This document shows, piece by piece, positions 1-8,271 of a stretch of 64,000 nucleotides of DNA (position 1 is the stretch's first letter; each line of letters starts with the position of its first letter). The notes beneath the pieces were generated by a model. It did not search any database. It saw nothing but the letters and a program-made list of their open reading frames with translations, and was not told the DNA's origin. Source of the stretch: an uncultured Desulfuromonadales bacterium (GTDB lineage: Bacteria > Desulfobacterota > Desulfuromonadia > Geobacterales > CAIOGM01); NCBI GenBank assembly GCA_903929485.1, contig CAIYUY010000211.1:3770-67769 (forward strand). The letters run 5' to 3'. The position numbers and the translations under genes were made by a program.

Positions 1-2
1 GA

Positions 3-581
3 ATCACCATCAACAGCAACCTGGCCACGGCGCTCTTCTACGCCATCAAGTCGGAAACCCAGGATCTGGGCCGGGAGGCGAATCTCCCCGACCGGGAAGC
101 GTACCTGAAGCTCTTCCCCCTGGCCAACAAGCGGATCATCTTCCTCATCACCCACCCCAAGCTCCCGGTGGAGTATTTCATGATGATGAACAGCGCCCTC
201 CAACATACCCGGATCTACGACACGCTCCTGGTTTCCAACCTCCACGAGATCAGTTTTCCCGAGGTGGTGGCGGAGATGGCCGATTTTCTCATCCGGCTGG
301 ACGGAATCGAAACTTCCTTCTGCATGGGACACTATGCCGGGAGTATGATCATTTCCATCAGGACGACCCGCATCGACCTGGGGCTGGGGACCATGATCCG
401 CAGGGTAGTCGCCGACCTGGGGAGCGGCGGAGGGCACGGGATGACGGCGGGAGGAAAGATCAACAACATCCCCGACGATGAGGAAGCCATTGGCGAGCTG
501 CAGGAACTCCTCACCGCCCGGCTCCTGGCGGAACTGGGAAAAAGCGGAGTCACCCCCCGCCCGCTCCTGCCGTCCAACTGA
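3..581 (+). CDS. DHH-family phosphoesterase (NrnA-like), C-terminal fragment; 5' end lies outside the window
   Basis: Frame 3 is open from the window edge to TGA at 579-581. It carries a DHHA1-type glycine motif, DLGSGGGHGMTAGG. Confidence 0.6.
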   Translation: MTINSNLATALFYAIKSETQDLGREANLPDREAYLKLFPLANKRIIFLITHPKLPVEYFMMMNSALQHTRIYDTLLVSNLHEISFPEVVAEMADFLIRLDGIETSFCMGHYAGSMIISIRTTRIDLGLGTMIRRVVADLGSGGGHGMTAGGKINNIPDDEEAIGELQELLTARLLAELGKSGVTPRPLLPSN

Positions 582-598
582 CCCGAAAAAACATTATC

Positions 599-624
599 CA
601 CGAAGGACACGAAGTTTCACGAAG
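599..624. repeat. Three direct CACGAAG heptamers (periods 9 and 10 nt); copy A of a short element found 3' of genes
   Basis: The sequence reads cacgaag-ga-cacgaag-ttt-cacgaag, 18 nt after the stop of the upstream CDS. A near-identical copy in inverse orientation lies at 13091-13116. Confidence 0.75.
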
Positions 625-659
625 AAAGTCGAACTGTTATTTACAATGGTTTTTCTCGC

Positions 660-679
660 TCCCAAGCTCCAGCTTGGGA
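660..679. repeat. Perfect palindrome TCCCAAGCT-CC-AGCTTGGGA
   Basis: Read directly from the sequence: 9-bp arms around a 2-nt centre, in the intergenic region upstream of rph. Confidence 0.7.
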
Positions 680-703
680 ACAAGAGAATAGTCTTCAGCC
701 TTT

Positions 704-745
704 AACCTTCAACATTCACCATTCAACCCTCAACCTTCAATTGGA
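704..745. repeat. Degenerate heptanucleotide tandem array (aaccttc aacattc accattc aaccctc aaccttc aattgga)
   Basis: A 7-nt periodicity is visible by eye. The array abuts the rph RBS and start codon. It is related to the NNTTCAC arrays at 8186-8254 and 45290-45367. Confidence 0.6.
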
Positions 746-751
746 GTATTC

Positions 752-1468
752 ATGCGCAACGACGGCCGTCTTCCTGCTGACCTCAGACCGGTGAGCATCA
801 TCCGCAACTACATCAAACATGCCGAAGGTTCGGTTTTGATCTCCTTCGGCGACACCAAGGTCATCTGCACCGCCTCGGTGGAGGAGTCTGTCCCCCCATT
901 CCTGAGGGGGAAGGGAACCGGTTGGGTCACCGCCGAATATTCCATGCTTCCCCGCGCCACCCATACCCGCTCCCCTCGGGAAGCCGCCAAGGGGAAGGTT
1001 GGGGGGCGGACTCACGAGATTCAGCGGCTTATCGGCCGCTCCCTCCGGGCGGTGACGGACATGAAACTCTTGGGAGAACGGAGCATTCATATTGACTGCG
1101 ACGTCATCCAGGCGGACGGCGGAACTCGCACCGCCGCCATCACCGGCTCTTATGTGGCCCTCTTCGACGCGGTGACCGGTCTCCTCCAGCGGGGGAAAAT
1201 ATCGACCTTCCCCCTCCGGGAGGCGGTGGCGGCGGTGAGCGTGGGGATCGTGGGGGGAGAACTGCTCCTGGACCTGAACTACCCGGAGGACAGCGGCGCC
1301 CAGGTGGACATGAACTTCGTCATGACCTCGTCAGACCGCTTCGTGGAGGTCCAAGGGACCGCCGAGACGGAGCCGTTCACCCTGGCTCAGATGGATGCCC
1401 TGCGGGAATCCGCCATGGCGGGAATCCGCCGGCTCTTTGCTCTCCAGCAGGAGGTTCTCAAGGGATGA
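752..1468 (+). CDS. rph: Ribonuclease PH
   Basis: 238 aa, with the characteristic MRNDGR...LRPV...[19 protein letters not shown]...[14 protein letters not shown]...[13 protein letters not shown]. Confidence 0.95.
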   Translation: MRNDGRLPADLRPVSIIRNYIKHAEGSVLISFGDTKVICTASVEESVPPFLRGKGTGWVTAEYSMLPRATHTRSPREAAKGKVGGRTHEIQRLIGRSLRAVTDMKLLGERSIHIDCDVIQADGGTRTAAITGSYVALFDAVTGLLQRGKISTFPLREAVAAVSVGIVGGELLLDLNYPEDSGAQVDMNFVMTSSDRFVEVQGTAETEPFTLAQMDALRESAMAGIRRLFALQQEVLKG

Positions 1469-2073
1469 AGAAACTGGTGGTGGCGACGCGCAACCCGGGG
1501 AAGATCCGGGAACTGGAGCTCCTCCTTCAGGGAACCGTAGGAACGATCCTCCCCATAAGTTCGTTCCCCGGCCTGGCCGAAGTGGAAGAGGACGGGGCGA
1601 CCTTCCTGGATAACGCCATCAAAAAGGCCCGTTTCGCGGCGCTGGCCACCGGACTCCCGGCGCTGGCCGACGATTCCGGCTTGGTCGTGGAAGTGCTGGA
1701 CGGCCGACCGGGGGTCCATTCCGCCCGCTTCGCCGGCCCGGGTGCGGACGACGGAGCCAACAACCGGAAGCTTCTGGAGGAACTGGCGGCTGTTCCGGCT
1801 TCCCGGCGCACGGCCGCCTTCCACTGCGTCCTGGCCTTTTGCACCCCGGAGGGAAACTGCCGGACCTTTGACGGAACCCTTTCCGGGTTAATCCTTGAAG
1901 ACCCCCAGGGAGAGGGAGGATTCGGCTATGACCCGCTCTTTCTTATCCCCCAGTACGGTGAGACCCTGGCGCAACTATCCCTGGAGATCAAAAACCGAAT
2001 CAGCCATCGGGCGCGGGCGCTTTTCCAATTAAAACGTTATCTGGCCGAATCCGGCGAAAATTCGTTGCAATAA
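1465..2073 (+). CDS. rdgB: dITP/XTP pyrophosphatase (RdgB/HAM1 family)
   Basis: 202 aa with [10 protein letters not shown]...[17 protein letters not shown]...[13 protein letters not shown]. It shares an ATGA overlap with rph. Confidence 0.9.
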   Translation: MKKLVVATRNPGKIRELELLLQGTVGTILPISSFPGLAEVEEDGATFLDNAIKKARFAALATGLPALADDSGLVVEVLDGRPGVHSARFAGPGADDGANNRKLLEELAAVPASRRTAAFHCVLAFCTPEGNCRTFDGTLSGLILEDPQGEGGFGYDPLFLIPQYGETLAQLSLEIKNRISHRARALFQLKRYLAESGENSLQ

Positions 2074-2105
2074 CTCAGGCGGTGTGGTATTAATTTGTTT
2101 CGGTT

Positions 2106-2182
2106 CGGGGAGTAGCGCAGCCTGGTAGCGCACCTGTCTTGGGCACAGGGGGCCGCAAGTTCGAATCTTGTCTCCCCGACCA
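2106..2182 (+). tRNA. tRNA-Pro (anticodon TGG)
   Basis: A 77-nt cloverleaf folded by hand. The acceptor stem is cggggag/ctccccg, the anticodon arm is cctgt-CTTGGGC-acagg, the T arm is gcaag-ttcgaat-cttgt, and CCA is encoded. Confidence 0.9.
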
Positions 2183-2191
2183 ACGAATTCT

Positions 2192-2225
2192 ACGGATTGC
2201 GGCATCTGCTGCAATCCGTATTTTT
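2192..2225 (+). terminator. Rho-independent terminator after tRNA-Pro
   Basis: Stem acggattgc / gcaatccgt followed by attttt. Confidence 0.7.
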
Positions 2226-2271
2226 GTACCAGCTCCCCTTCCTCGGGCCAAAGCCACCCATGATGATGGCG

Positions 2272-2739
2272 TTAAGGGTGACTGTCACGGTGAAGCGGAG
2301 GGGATTTGAAGCGGGCGTCTTTCACTAAATAACCGCAGATGGAGATATATTTTGTGTAGTTAATCCCCCGACGCCGGCAATCATAGGCATCCAGAGCCAG
2401 ATGCAACCCTCCGCCGGCCATGGCCCAGAATAAAACAGGCCAAAAATTCATCAGAAGCGCCAAAACGACAAACGGTTCCACCGTGTGAAGAATGTAGAGC
2501 CCTTTGGGCGCATACTCACCCGGCCTCAGTTTCCTCTCCGCTCTATCCTGAACCATGTAATGCCGATACGCGGTTTTCAATCGGGTAATTTTACGAACGA
2601 CGACGAGATAGCGCAGATAGTGGTCAACATCCATAAGCGTGGACGCCGTAACAAAGAGAATCGCCGCCGGAACTCCGGCGGTAATCAAAGGGAGTGAAGC
2701 CGCCATGGCTGCCATGGCCAGATGCTGTTTCGGATACAT
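2272..2739 (-). CDS. Hypothetical polytopic membrane protein
   Basis: The ORF shows several hydrophobic segments. The ATG at 2739 is preceded by GGAGAG. An alternative GTG at 2757 overlaps the upstream stop as GTGA. I recognise no family. Confidence 0.5.
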   Translation of the reverse strand: MYPKQHLAMAAMAASLPLITAGVPAAILFVTASTLMDVDHYLRYLVVVRKITRLKTAYRHYMVQDRAERKLRPGEYAPKGLYILHTVEPFVVLALLMNFWPVLFWAMAGGGLHLALDAYDCRRRGINYTKYISICGYLVKDARFKSPPLHRDSHP

Positions 2740-2753
2740 TATCTCTCCAATTG

Positions 2754-3683
2754 TCACCTACAAACCTTGCCGTGGAGAGCCAGATCACTGGGCTCTTGAA
2801 TATCCTTCTGCTGAACCCCTTTTTCAGCAATATCGCGAGCCCTGCTACCGGTCGTCTTCAGTGTCTGGGCATCAAGCTCCATATAGGCAAACGTGTCTAT
2901 GCTTTTGTCGGCGCAGTTCAGCGCATTGGCGAAGAGGATGATATTTTCATCCCCCAGAAACCAGGCGGTATTGATCATTTTCCTGGATTCCGTCCCCCCG
3001 TCGTCGGGCGCCCGGTACAAGAGCACCTCGTTGTCATGGGTATAATAAGGAGTCCATCCCTTGGCGATGAACATTTTTATATTTTCAGCCGTCTGTTTCC
3101 GCGCACTCTCACGAGGATCATACTGCTGCGTTACCTGAACGGGAACGGGAATTGCCGGTTTTTGCGGTATCGCCATGCTTGCGGCCAGGGGTGCGGAAAC
3201 ATGCTTTTTCCCCTTGACGGCATACCTTGAGTTCAACTTGTGAAGCAAATAGGGAGACAATACACGTTTTTGTCTGGAAGTAACTACGTCCAGCAGAGAA
3301 GGAGATTTCATCTCGGCTTTGGCCGCAACAGTAGGATTAGGAACATAACCCCTTTTTGCGGCGGTTGAATTTGCGAAACGATGATCCGCTCCGGCGCCGG
3401 CGGGCTTCAGAGCGTTCTGACGTGACGCCGTCATGATCTTGTGCAGTTCTTTTTTATATGGTTCCTGCCCTGCCACCGATTTTTTGTATTGGCTCTTGTG
3501 CCCAGTGACCTCTTTTTTAGCAGGCATGCTGTACAGAAGAACGGAAACAGCTATGACTATAATTGTTCCGGCTGCGATCATATAGAGTTGAGCCTTGGTT
3601 GGTTTAATTTTCCATTTTTTCGGCGACGTACTCCCCTCATCATTCTGCGGTGCACTGTTTTCTTCCTCGTTGGTCTCTGGCAT
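2754..3683 (-). CDS. Hypothetical single-pass membrane protein (acidic N-terminus, one TM segment, Lys-rich linker, unknown C-terminal domain)
   Basis: The start MPETNEEEN at 3683 is preceded by GGAGGA at 8-nt spacing. The TM segment is LYMIAAGTIIVIAVSVLLY. I recognise no family. Confidence 0.55.
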   Translation of the reverse strand: MPETNEEENSAPQNDEGSTSPKKWKIKPTKAQLYMIAAGTIIVIAVSVLLYSMPAKKEVTGHKSQYKKSVAGQEPYKKELHKIMTASRQNALKPAGAGADHRFANSTAAKRGYVPNPTVAAKAEMKSPSLLDVVTSRQKRVLSPYLLHKLNSRYAVKGKKHVSAPLAASMAIPQKPAIPVPVQVTQQYDPRESARKQTAENIKMFIAKGWTPYYTHDNEVLLYRAPDDGGTESRKMINTAWFLGDENIILFANALNCADKSIDTFAYMELDAQTLKTTGSRARDIAEKGVQQKDIQEPSDLALHGKVCR

Positions 3684-3745
3684 TATCTGAATCCTCCACA
3701 GGACAGACGGGACGGCGCCTGGCCGCACCGGGAGTAACTGAGTTA

Positions 3746-4378
3746 CTATTTGACGGTATAACTGACAACCGTATTGTCGGAACAGGTATAATCTATTTCC
3801 TTCGTCACCATGCGCGATATCCTGCTTGTTCCGGTGTTTATTTTTTTCACGAAGATCAGCAACTTATTTCCAGCCAGAAAATCATAGGTGCCGACCACTG
3901 CCTCATCCTGCTGATATTCATCATTTTTTATTTCACTGGGCTTACGAGTCAAGGAGACTAACCCGTTTTCGGATAATTTGAAATATGCAGCGAACTCCGC
4001 CTGAACTATCCTGTAACAGCAGACATTGTTAAGGGTGCCTCGCATTAATTCACCCATGAGAAGCCCTGTCTGCTTGGGCACGAATGAGTTGATATCCACG
4101 AAATCCGTAACCAATACGGTAGTCTGCCTTCCCCCATCTTTCTCCCCGCGGAAATCCGCCGACTGCTTACCGTTGACAATCTCCCCCTGGCTATCGGTGC
4201 AACTGTTACCACAGATATCACGGGCAATATCCTTGAACAGCGGCTTCAAATCGGTTGCCTTCATCAGCTCCTGTACCGTGCAACCGGAGCCGGTGGACGT
4301 GGGATAGGATCTGGGATCATGGGCGCAGCCGGAAAGTACGCCGAGCAGCATTGCCGCCACCGCCAGGAAACATTTCAT
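3746..4378 (-). CDS. Lipoprotein, FlgO-like outer-membrane protein family
   Basis: Signal peptide with lipobox MKCFLAVAAMLLGVLSGC. The segment VLVTDFVDINS...GLLMGELMRGTL...VVGTY resembles the neighbouring FlgO-type paralog. It shares an ATGA overlap with the upstream gene. Confidence 0.55.
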   Translation of the reverse strand: MKCFLAVAAMLLGVLSGCAHDPRSYPTSTGSGCTVQELMKATDLKPLFKDIARDICGNSCTDSQGEIVNGKQSADFRGEKDGGRQTTVLVTDFVDINSFVPKQTGLLMGELMRGTLNNVCCYRIVQAEFAAYFKLSENGLVSLTRKPSEIKNDEYQQDEAVVGTYDFLAGNKLLIFVKKINTGTSRISRMVTKEIDYTCSDNTVVSYTVK

Positions 4379-5100
4379 CTGGATATATCTTCTATCTTGA
4401 TCCATTTTGACGACTCCAGATCGCTGTTGGACCCTTTTCCCCTCCCCCGAGACGGCATGTCCCCAACGATCTTCATCGTCTTCTGCCGATCTTCATTGGG
4501 AGCAAGGAGCGATTCAGTGAACAAGTCCACCGGCATCCGCAACTGCCCGGAAGAAGCTATGATACCGCTGTTTATATCCACGACCCTCACATTGATGATT
4601 ATGTTATTCTCGGCGATGGAATAAGTACCGGCGACGATGCCGCCGATTTTATACAGATCACGTATTTTCTGGATATCCCTGCTCAAGGAGAACTCACCAG
4701 TGTTGTTTATGATGATATCCTTGGTGAGCCTGACCTCGAATACTTTCCATTTGCGCACCTGCAGCTCATGAATCAGGTTTTCGGAAAGGAGCCGACCGAA
4801 ACTAGTCGTCTCCGACAGGTTGTTCAGATTGGTAATACTGGTCACCACAAAGGTATTATCAAGACTTTTACGGTCGGCGTTTCGTTCTATCTGGTCAGCC
4901 AGGAAAATTATATTTGAATTAAACCTCCCCGCCGCACTTTGACCCCGTTGGATACTGAGTGGTTCATCCACCATGTACCGCTGGTACGCATCGAGCTTTT
5001 CCAGCTCATTGGCATCGGCGAACAGGGGGGGAGTTACGCATCCCCATGCCGCCAGAGTCGCCACCACAAGAACAACACGTATCATTTTATGACCAGTCAT
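4375..5100 (-). CDS. FlgO-family outer-membrane lipoprotein
   Basis: Lipobox LAAWGC. The pattern FVVTSITNLNNLSETTSFGRLLSENLIHELQVRKWKVFEVRL...GEFSLSRD...IVAGTYSI...IINVRVVD matches the FlgO/TolB-N-like family as I recall it. ATGA overlaps are present at both ends. Confidence 0.6.
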   Translation of the reverse strand: MTGHKMIRVVLVVATLAAWGCVTPPLFADANELEKLDAYQRYMVDEPLSIQRGQSAAGRFNSNIIFLADQIERNADRKSLDNTFVVTSITNLNNLSETTSFGRLLSENLIHELQVRKWKVFEVRLTKDIIINNTGEFSLSRDIQKIRDLYKIGGIVAGTYSIAENNIIINVRVVDINSGIIASSGQLRMPVDLFTESLLAPNEDRQKTMKIVGDMPSRGRGKGSNSDLESSKWIKIEDISR

Positions 5101-5369
5101 CTCACACCTCCACAATCGCCCTTACAGTTATCGCTATTTTCCGGCACCAAAATATACTCCGTCTGTTTTGGTCGATAAGATACGGGATAATCCTGGGAAT
5201 TATTCCGGATACCATTATCCCAGACGACGTTGTAGGTTTCCCGCACGCAAAGGTTATCATTTCCGCAGGGGGTAACAATTTTCCGGTGAGAGCCGTTATC
5301 GCTCCGCAAATCCGTCGCGCATCCGGAAACCGAACATGCAAAAATAAAATAACAGAGCAACCTTCTCAT
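5097..5369 (-). CDS. Small hypothetical lipoprotein
   Basis: MRRLLCYFIFACSVSGC signal peptide with lipobox. It is the first gene of a three-gene ATGA-coupled set. I recognise no family. Confidence 0.5.
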   Translation of the reverse strand: MRRLLCYFIFACSVSGCATDLRSDNGSHRKIVTPCGNDNLCVRETYNVVWDNGIRNNSQDYPVSYRPKQTEYILVPENSDNCKGDCGGVR

Positions 5370-5455
5370 AACACGTCTCCTTGTTTTCTGTTCAACAAAC
5401 AAAAACTCCAGCCATTATTACTATCTTCGGTTAAAAATCCAAACTCTTTAGCGTG

Positions 5456-5470
5456 ATCTTGTCTCCTCCG
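5456..5470. repeat. Direct repeat of the tRNA-Pro 3' end (candidate att remnant)
   Basis: atcttgtctcc at 5456-5466 is identical to tRNA-Pro positions 2165-2175. The continuation is tccg here versus ccg in the tRNA. The repeat sits at the GC-content transition. Confidence 0.45.
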
Positions 5471-5586
5471 GCGCCGGGCGACGGCAGTGGGCGCCAGCCG
5501 GTCACGACGACGTGCAGGAACAACTCTTACTTTTTCCAAAGGATGCCGTTCCCGCCAGGACAGGGAACAAAAGCTCCGGAGACGCG

Positions 5587-5618
5587 AAAATGGCGACCCC
5601 TTGCAATGCGGGTCGCCA
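5587..5618 (-). terminator. Rho-independent terminator of the trxA-tlpA-like operon
   Basis: On the minus strand: tggcgaccc-gcattgcaag-gggtcgcca followed by tttt. Confidence 0.65.
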
Positions 5619-5659
5619 CTGTTGTGACACTCGTGAAGCCAACTGACTACAACTACACG

Positions 5660-6184
5660 CTATTTCTCCGCCAATGCCGCCCTGACGGCGGAGTCGATGG
5701 CCTGTTCGCTCTCTTCCGACATTCCTTGGAACCTTTCCACGACGCGCCCTTTACGATTGATCAGAAAAAGAGTCGGCACCGAACGAATACCGAATGCTTC
5801 CTGCAGGGTATCATCCGCCATTGCCACCGGATACGTTATCTTCTTTTCGACGATGAACTCCTTCACAACCCGGTCCCCCGACTCGTCGATACTGAGACCC
5901 AGAACCTGAAATCCCTGCTTTCCGTACTTTTTATTCAGTCTGATGATGGCGGGGATGGATTCCCGGCAAGGGGAGCACCAAGTGGCAAAAAACTGCACAA
6001 GTAGCACACGACCGCCGTAATTAGCGCCGGTGATCCGTTGTCCGGAGGTGGAGACAACCAGCAACGGCGGCGCCTTCTGTCCCTTCTGAAGTCCCAAAGC
6101 CAGGGAAGGGAGCAAACAAGAGACGGCCAGCAAAACCGTTGCCGCCAGACGAAGCCGGCGATGAGAGATGGTGAAGCTCCTCAC
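5660..6184 (-). CDS. TlpA/ResA-type thiol:disulfide oxidoreductase (exported thioredoxin-fold protein)
   Basis: 174 aa with an N-terminal signal sequence, the redox motif FFATWCSPCRESIP, and a cis-Pro region GIRSVPTLFLI. Confidence 0.8.
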   Translation of the reverse strand: MRSFTISHRRLRLAATVLLAVSCLLPSLALGLQKGQKAPPLLVVSTSGQRITGANYGGRVLLVQFFATWCSPCRESIPAIIRLNKKYGKQGFQVLGLSIDESGDRVVKEFIVEKKITYPVAMADDTLQEAFGIRSVPTLFLINRKGRVVERFQGMSEESEQAIDSAVRAALAEK

Positions 6185-6187
6185 AAC

Positions 6188-6517
6188 CTAGAGCGCTTTG
6201 TTAATGAGTGCTTCCAGTTGAGACTTGGGAACCGCGCCGACAACCTGGTCCACAATCACGCCGTCCTTGAAGAGAATTATGGTGGGGATACCTCGTACGC
6301 CATACTTGCCCGGGGTAGCGGGACTGTCATCCACATTGACCTTGCCGATGGATATCCGGCCGTCATACTCTTCGGCAAGCGCATCCAGAACCGGGGCTAT
6401 GGCCTTACAGGGAGCGCACCAGGTGGCCCAGAAGTCCACGAGAACCGGCTTGCCGGAATTAATAACATCCGCGTCAAAGCTATCGTCGGTAATGGTTAGA
6501 ATTTTTTCGCTGGCCAT
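6188..6517 (-). CDS. trxA: Thioredoxin
   Basis: 109 aa with VLVDFWATWCAPCKAIAP...YGVRGIPTIILFKDG. The active site is CAPC rather than CGPC. Confidence 0.9.
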   Translation of the reverse strand: MASEKILTITDDSFDADVINSGKPVLVDFWATWCAPCKAIAPVLDALAEEYDGRISIGKVNVDDSPATPGKYGVRGIPTIILFKDGVIVDQVVGAVPKSQLEALINKAL

Positions 6518-6702
6518 GTGTATATCTCTCCTTGATCGTGTGGAATGATGAAAAAATTTTCCTCACTATAATCAACCGTCGCGAAAATGCAAGGGGAAAT
6601 AACCGGCAGGGCGCAATCAAATCAATGAAATATTGCATCCGGCTCCATTTTGCGATACCGTGTCAAGGAAGTTATTTTCAGTAGAGACAGTCGTGACATG
6701 AC

Positions 6703-7365
6703 ATGAACATCGGCATCTTCGGCGGGACCTTCAACCCCATCCATATGGCCCATCTCCGGATCGCGGAAGAATCCCGTGACCAATACGACCTTTCTCCGGT
6801 AATCTTTGTCCCGGCTGCGGATCCTCCTCACAAACCGCGACGCCGTCAGCTCTCTTTTTCCCACCGTCTCGCCATGGTAGCCCTGGCAATCAAAGACAAT
6901 CCCTTATTCGCCGCCTCCGGAATGGAAGGGGAAAGGCCGGGTAAATCCTACTCCGTCGATACCCTTCGCGCCTTAAGACGGAGTTATCCGGACGACCGGC
7001 TTTTTTTTATCATGGGGAGCGACTCCTTTGCGGAAATCGGCTCATGGCACGAATACCAGGCCATCTTCTCCCTTAGCAGCATCATCGTCGTGGGACGTCC
7101 GGGCACCGCGGGTATTTCACTGACCTCCGCCCTCCCTGTTGCCATCGCCCATGAATTCTGTTATGATGTTGCGGTCAATCGCCTGACACACTGCTCCGGG
7201 AGTACCGTCTCATACCTTGACGGCGTCCCGCTGCCCATCTCCTCAAGTTCCATCAGGGAACTGCTGCGGCGCGGTCGATCCGTCCGCTACCTGGTTCCCG
7301 ACAGTGTGGAACATTACCTCAAGGAACATACGCTCTATGCCCGAAGTAACCCTGTCCTCCCTTGA
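6703..7365 (+). CDS. nadD: Nicotinate-nucleotide adenylyltransferase
   Basis: GIFGGTFNPIHMAHL motif and a C-terminal ISSSSIRE motif; 220 aa. Confidence 0.9.
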   Translation: MNIGIFGGTFNPIHMAHLRIAEESRDQYDLSPVIFVPAADPPHKPRRRQLSFSHRLAMVALAIKDNPLFAASGMEGERPGKSYSVDTLRALRRSYPDDRLFFIMGSDSFAEIGSWHEYQAIFSLSSIIVVGRPGTAGISLTSALPVAIAHEFCYDVAVNRLTHCSGSTVSYLDGVPLPISSSSIRELLRRGRSVRYLVPDSVEHYLKEHTLYARSNPVLP

Positions 7366-7723
7366 ACGGGCGCTGAAATGCGCCGAGTGTGCCCTCGACA
7401 AGAAGGGTGTTGATGTAAAGATCCTCGAAATAGCGAAGATCTCCTCCATTGCCGATTACCTGGTACTGGCCACCGGCATGTCCGACAAGCAGGTGCAAGC
7501 CATCGCCGACTCCGTCAAAAAGGGTCTCAAAAAGTTCGGCAAAGTCCAGGACATGGAAGGGCTACGCGAAGGGAAATGGGTCGTTATGGACTATGGCGAT
7601 GTGCTGGTGCATGTTTTCGTGGACGAGCTGCGACACTACTATGATCTGGACGAACTCTGGGGCGACGCCCCGTTGGTGGCTCTTCCCGAACCTCCTCCCA
7701 TGGCGCCGGCTTCCCGGCGATGA
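7337..7723 (+). CDS. rsfS: Ribosomal silencing factor RsfS
   Basis: I take the internal ATG at 7337 as the start. The sequence DKKGVDVKILEI..ISSIADYLVLATGMSDKQVQAIADSV...WVVMDYGDVLVHVF is typical of RsfS/Iojap. Confidence 0.85.
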   Translation: MPEVTLSSLERALKCAECALDKKGVDVKILEIAKISSIADYLVLATGMSDKQVQAIADSVKKGLKKFGKVQDMEGLREGKWVVMDYGDVLVHVFVDELRHYYDLDELWGDAPLVALPEPPPMAPASRR

Positions 7724-8181
7724 AAATCCGCCTCCTCTGGGTCGGCAAGAGCCGGGAGGAATGGCTGAAAAGCGGCATTGAAGAGTATCGCCGCAGGATC
7801 GGACGCTACTTTCCCCTGGAAATCAGCGAAGTTCGAGAGGAGAGGGGCGCAGAGGCCGAGATCATGCGGGTCAAGGAGTGTCAACGTCTGGAAAAGTCCT
7901 TGATCCGGGGGAGTCGGCTGATTACGCTGGACGAGCGGGGGGAAGAGCTTACTTCACCCCGGTTCGCGGATTTTCTCGGGAGATACCGTGATGGCGGAAC
8001 GCAGGAACTGGCTTTCGCCATCGGGGGAGCCTATGGTTTTTCCGAGACATTTCGTACCCGGGCAGACCGGTCAATCGCCCTCTCCCGGATGACCTTCACC
8101 CACCAGATGGTTCGGCTCTTTCTCGTGGAGCAGATCTACCGCGGCTGCACCATCCTGAACAATGAACAATACCACCACTAA
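7720..8181 (+). CDS. rlmH: 23S rRNA (pseudouridine1915-N3)-methyltransferase RlmH
   Basis: 153-aa SPOUT-type protein with MKIRLLWVGK...LDERGEELTS..FA......G..ELAFAIGGAYG...LSRMTFTHQM. It shares an ATGA overlap with rsfS. Confidence 0.9.
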   Translation: MKIRLLWVGKSREEWLKSGIEEYRRRIGRYFPLEISEVREERGAEAEIMRVKECQRLEKSLIRGSRLITLDERGEELTSPRFADFLGRYRDGGTQELAFAIGGAYGFSETFRTRADRSIALSRMTFTHQMVRLFLVEQIYRGCTILNNEQYHH

Positions 8182-8185
8182 ATAC

Positions 8186-8254
8186 GTGAAAGGTGAATGG
8201 TGAATAGTGAAAAGATCAAAAGCTTTTTTTCACTTTTCACCTTTCACCATTCAC
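8186..8254. repeat. Inverted heptamer arrays: 4x GTGAANN (8186-8213) facing 4x NNTTCAC (8227-8254)
   Basis: gtgaaag gtgaatg gtgaata gtgaaaa, then a 13-nt spacer, then ttttcac ttttcac ctttcac cattcac. By my count 25 of 28 positions can pair. The arrays lie between rlmH and gpmI. Confidence 0.75.
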
Positions 8255-8271
8255 CGCCTCTGGAGACCCAC

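Noticed and set aside
7217-7336. Upstream extension of rsfS (tracked ORF starts at 7217).
   Set aside because: It overlaps about 150 nt of the nadD coding sequence. The conserved RsfS sequence begins at the ATG at 7337.
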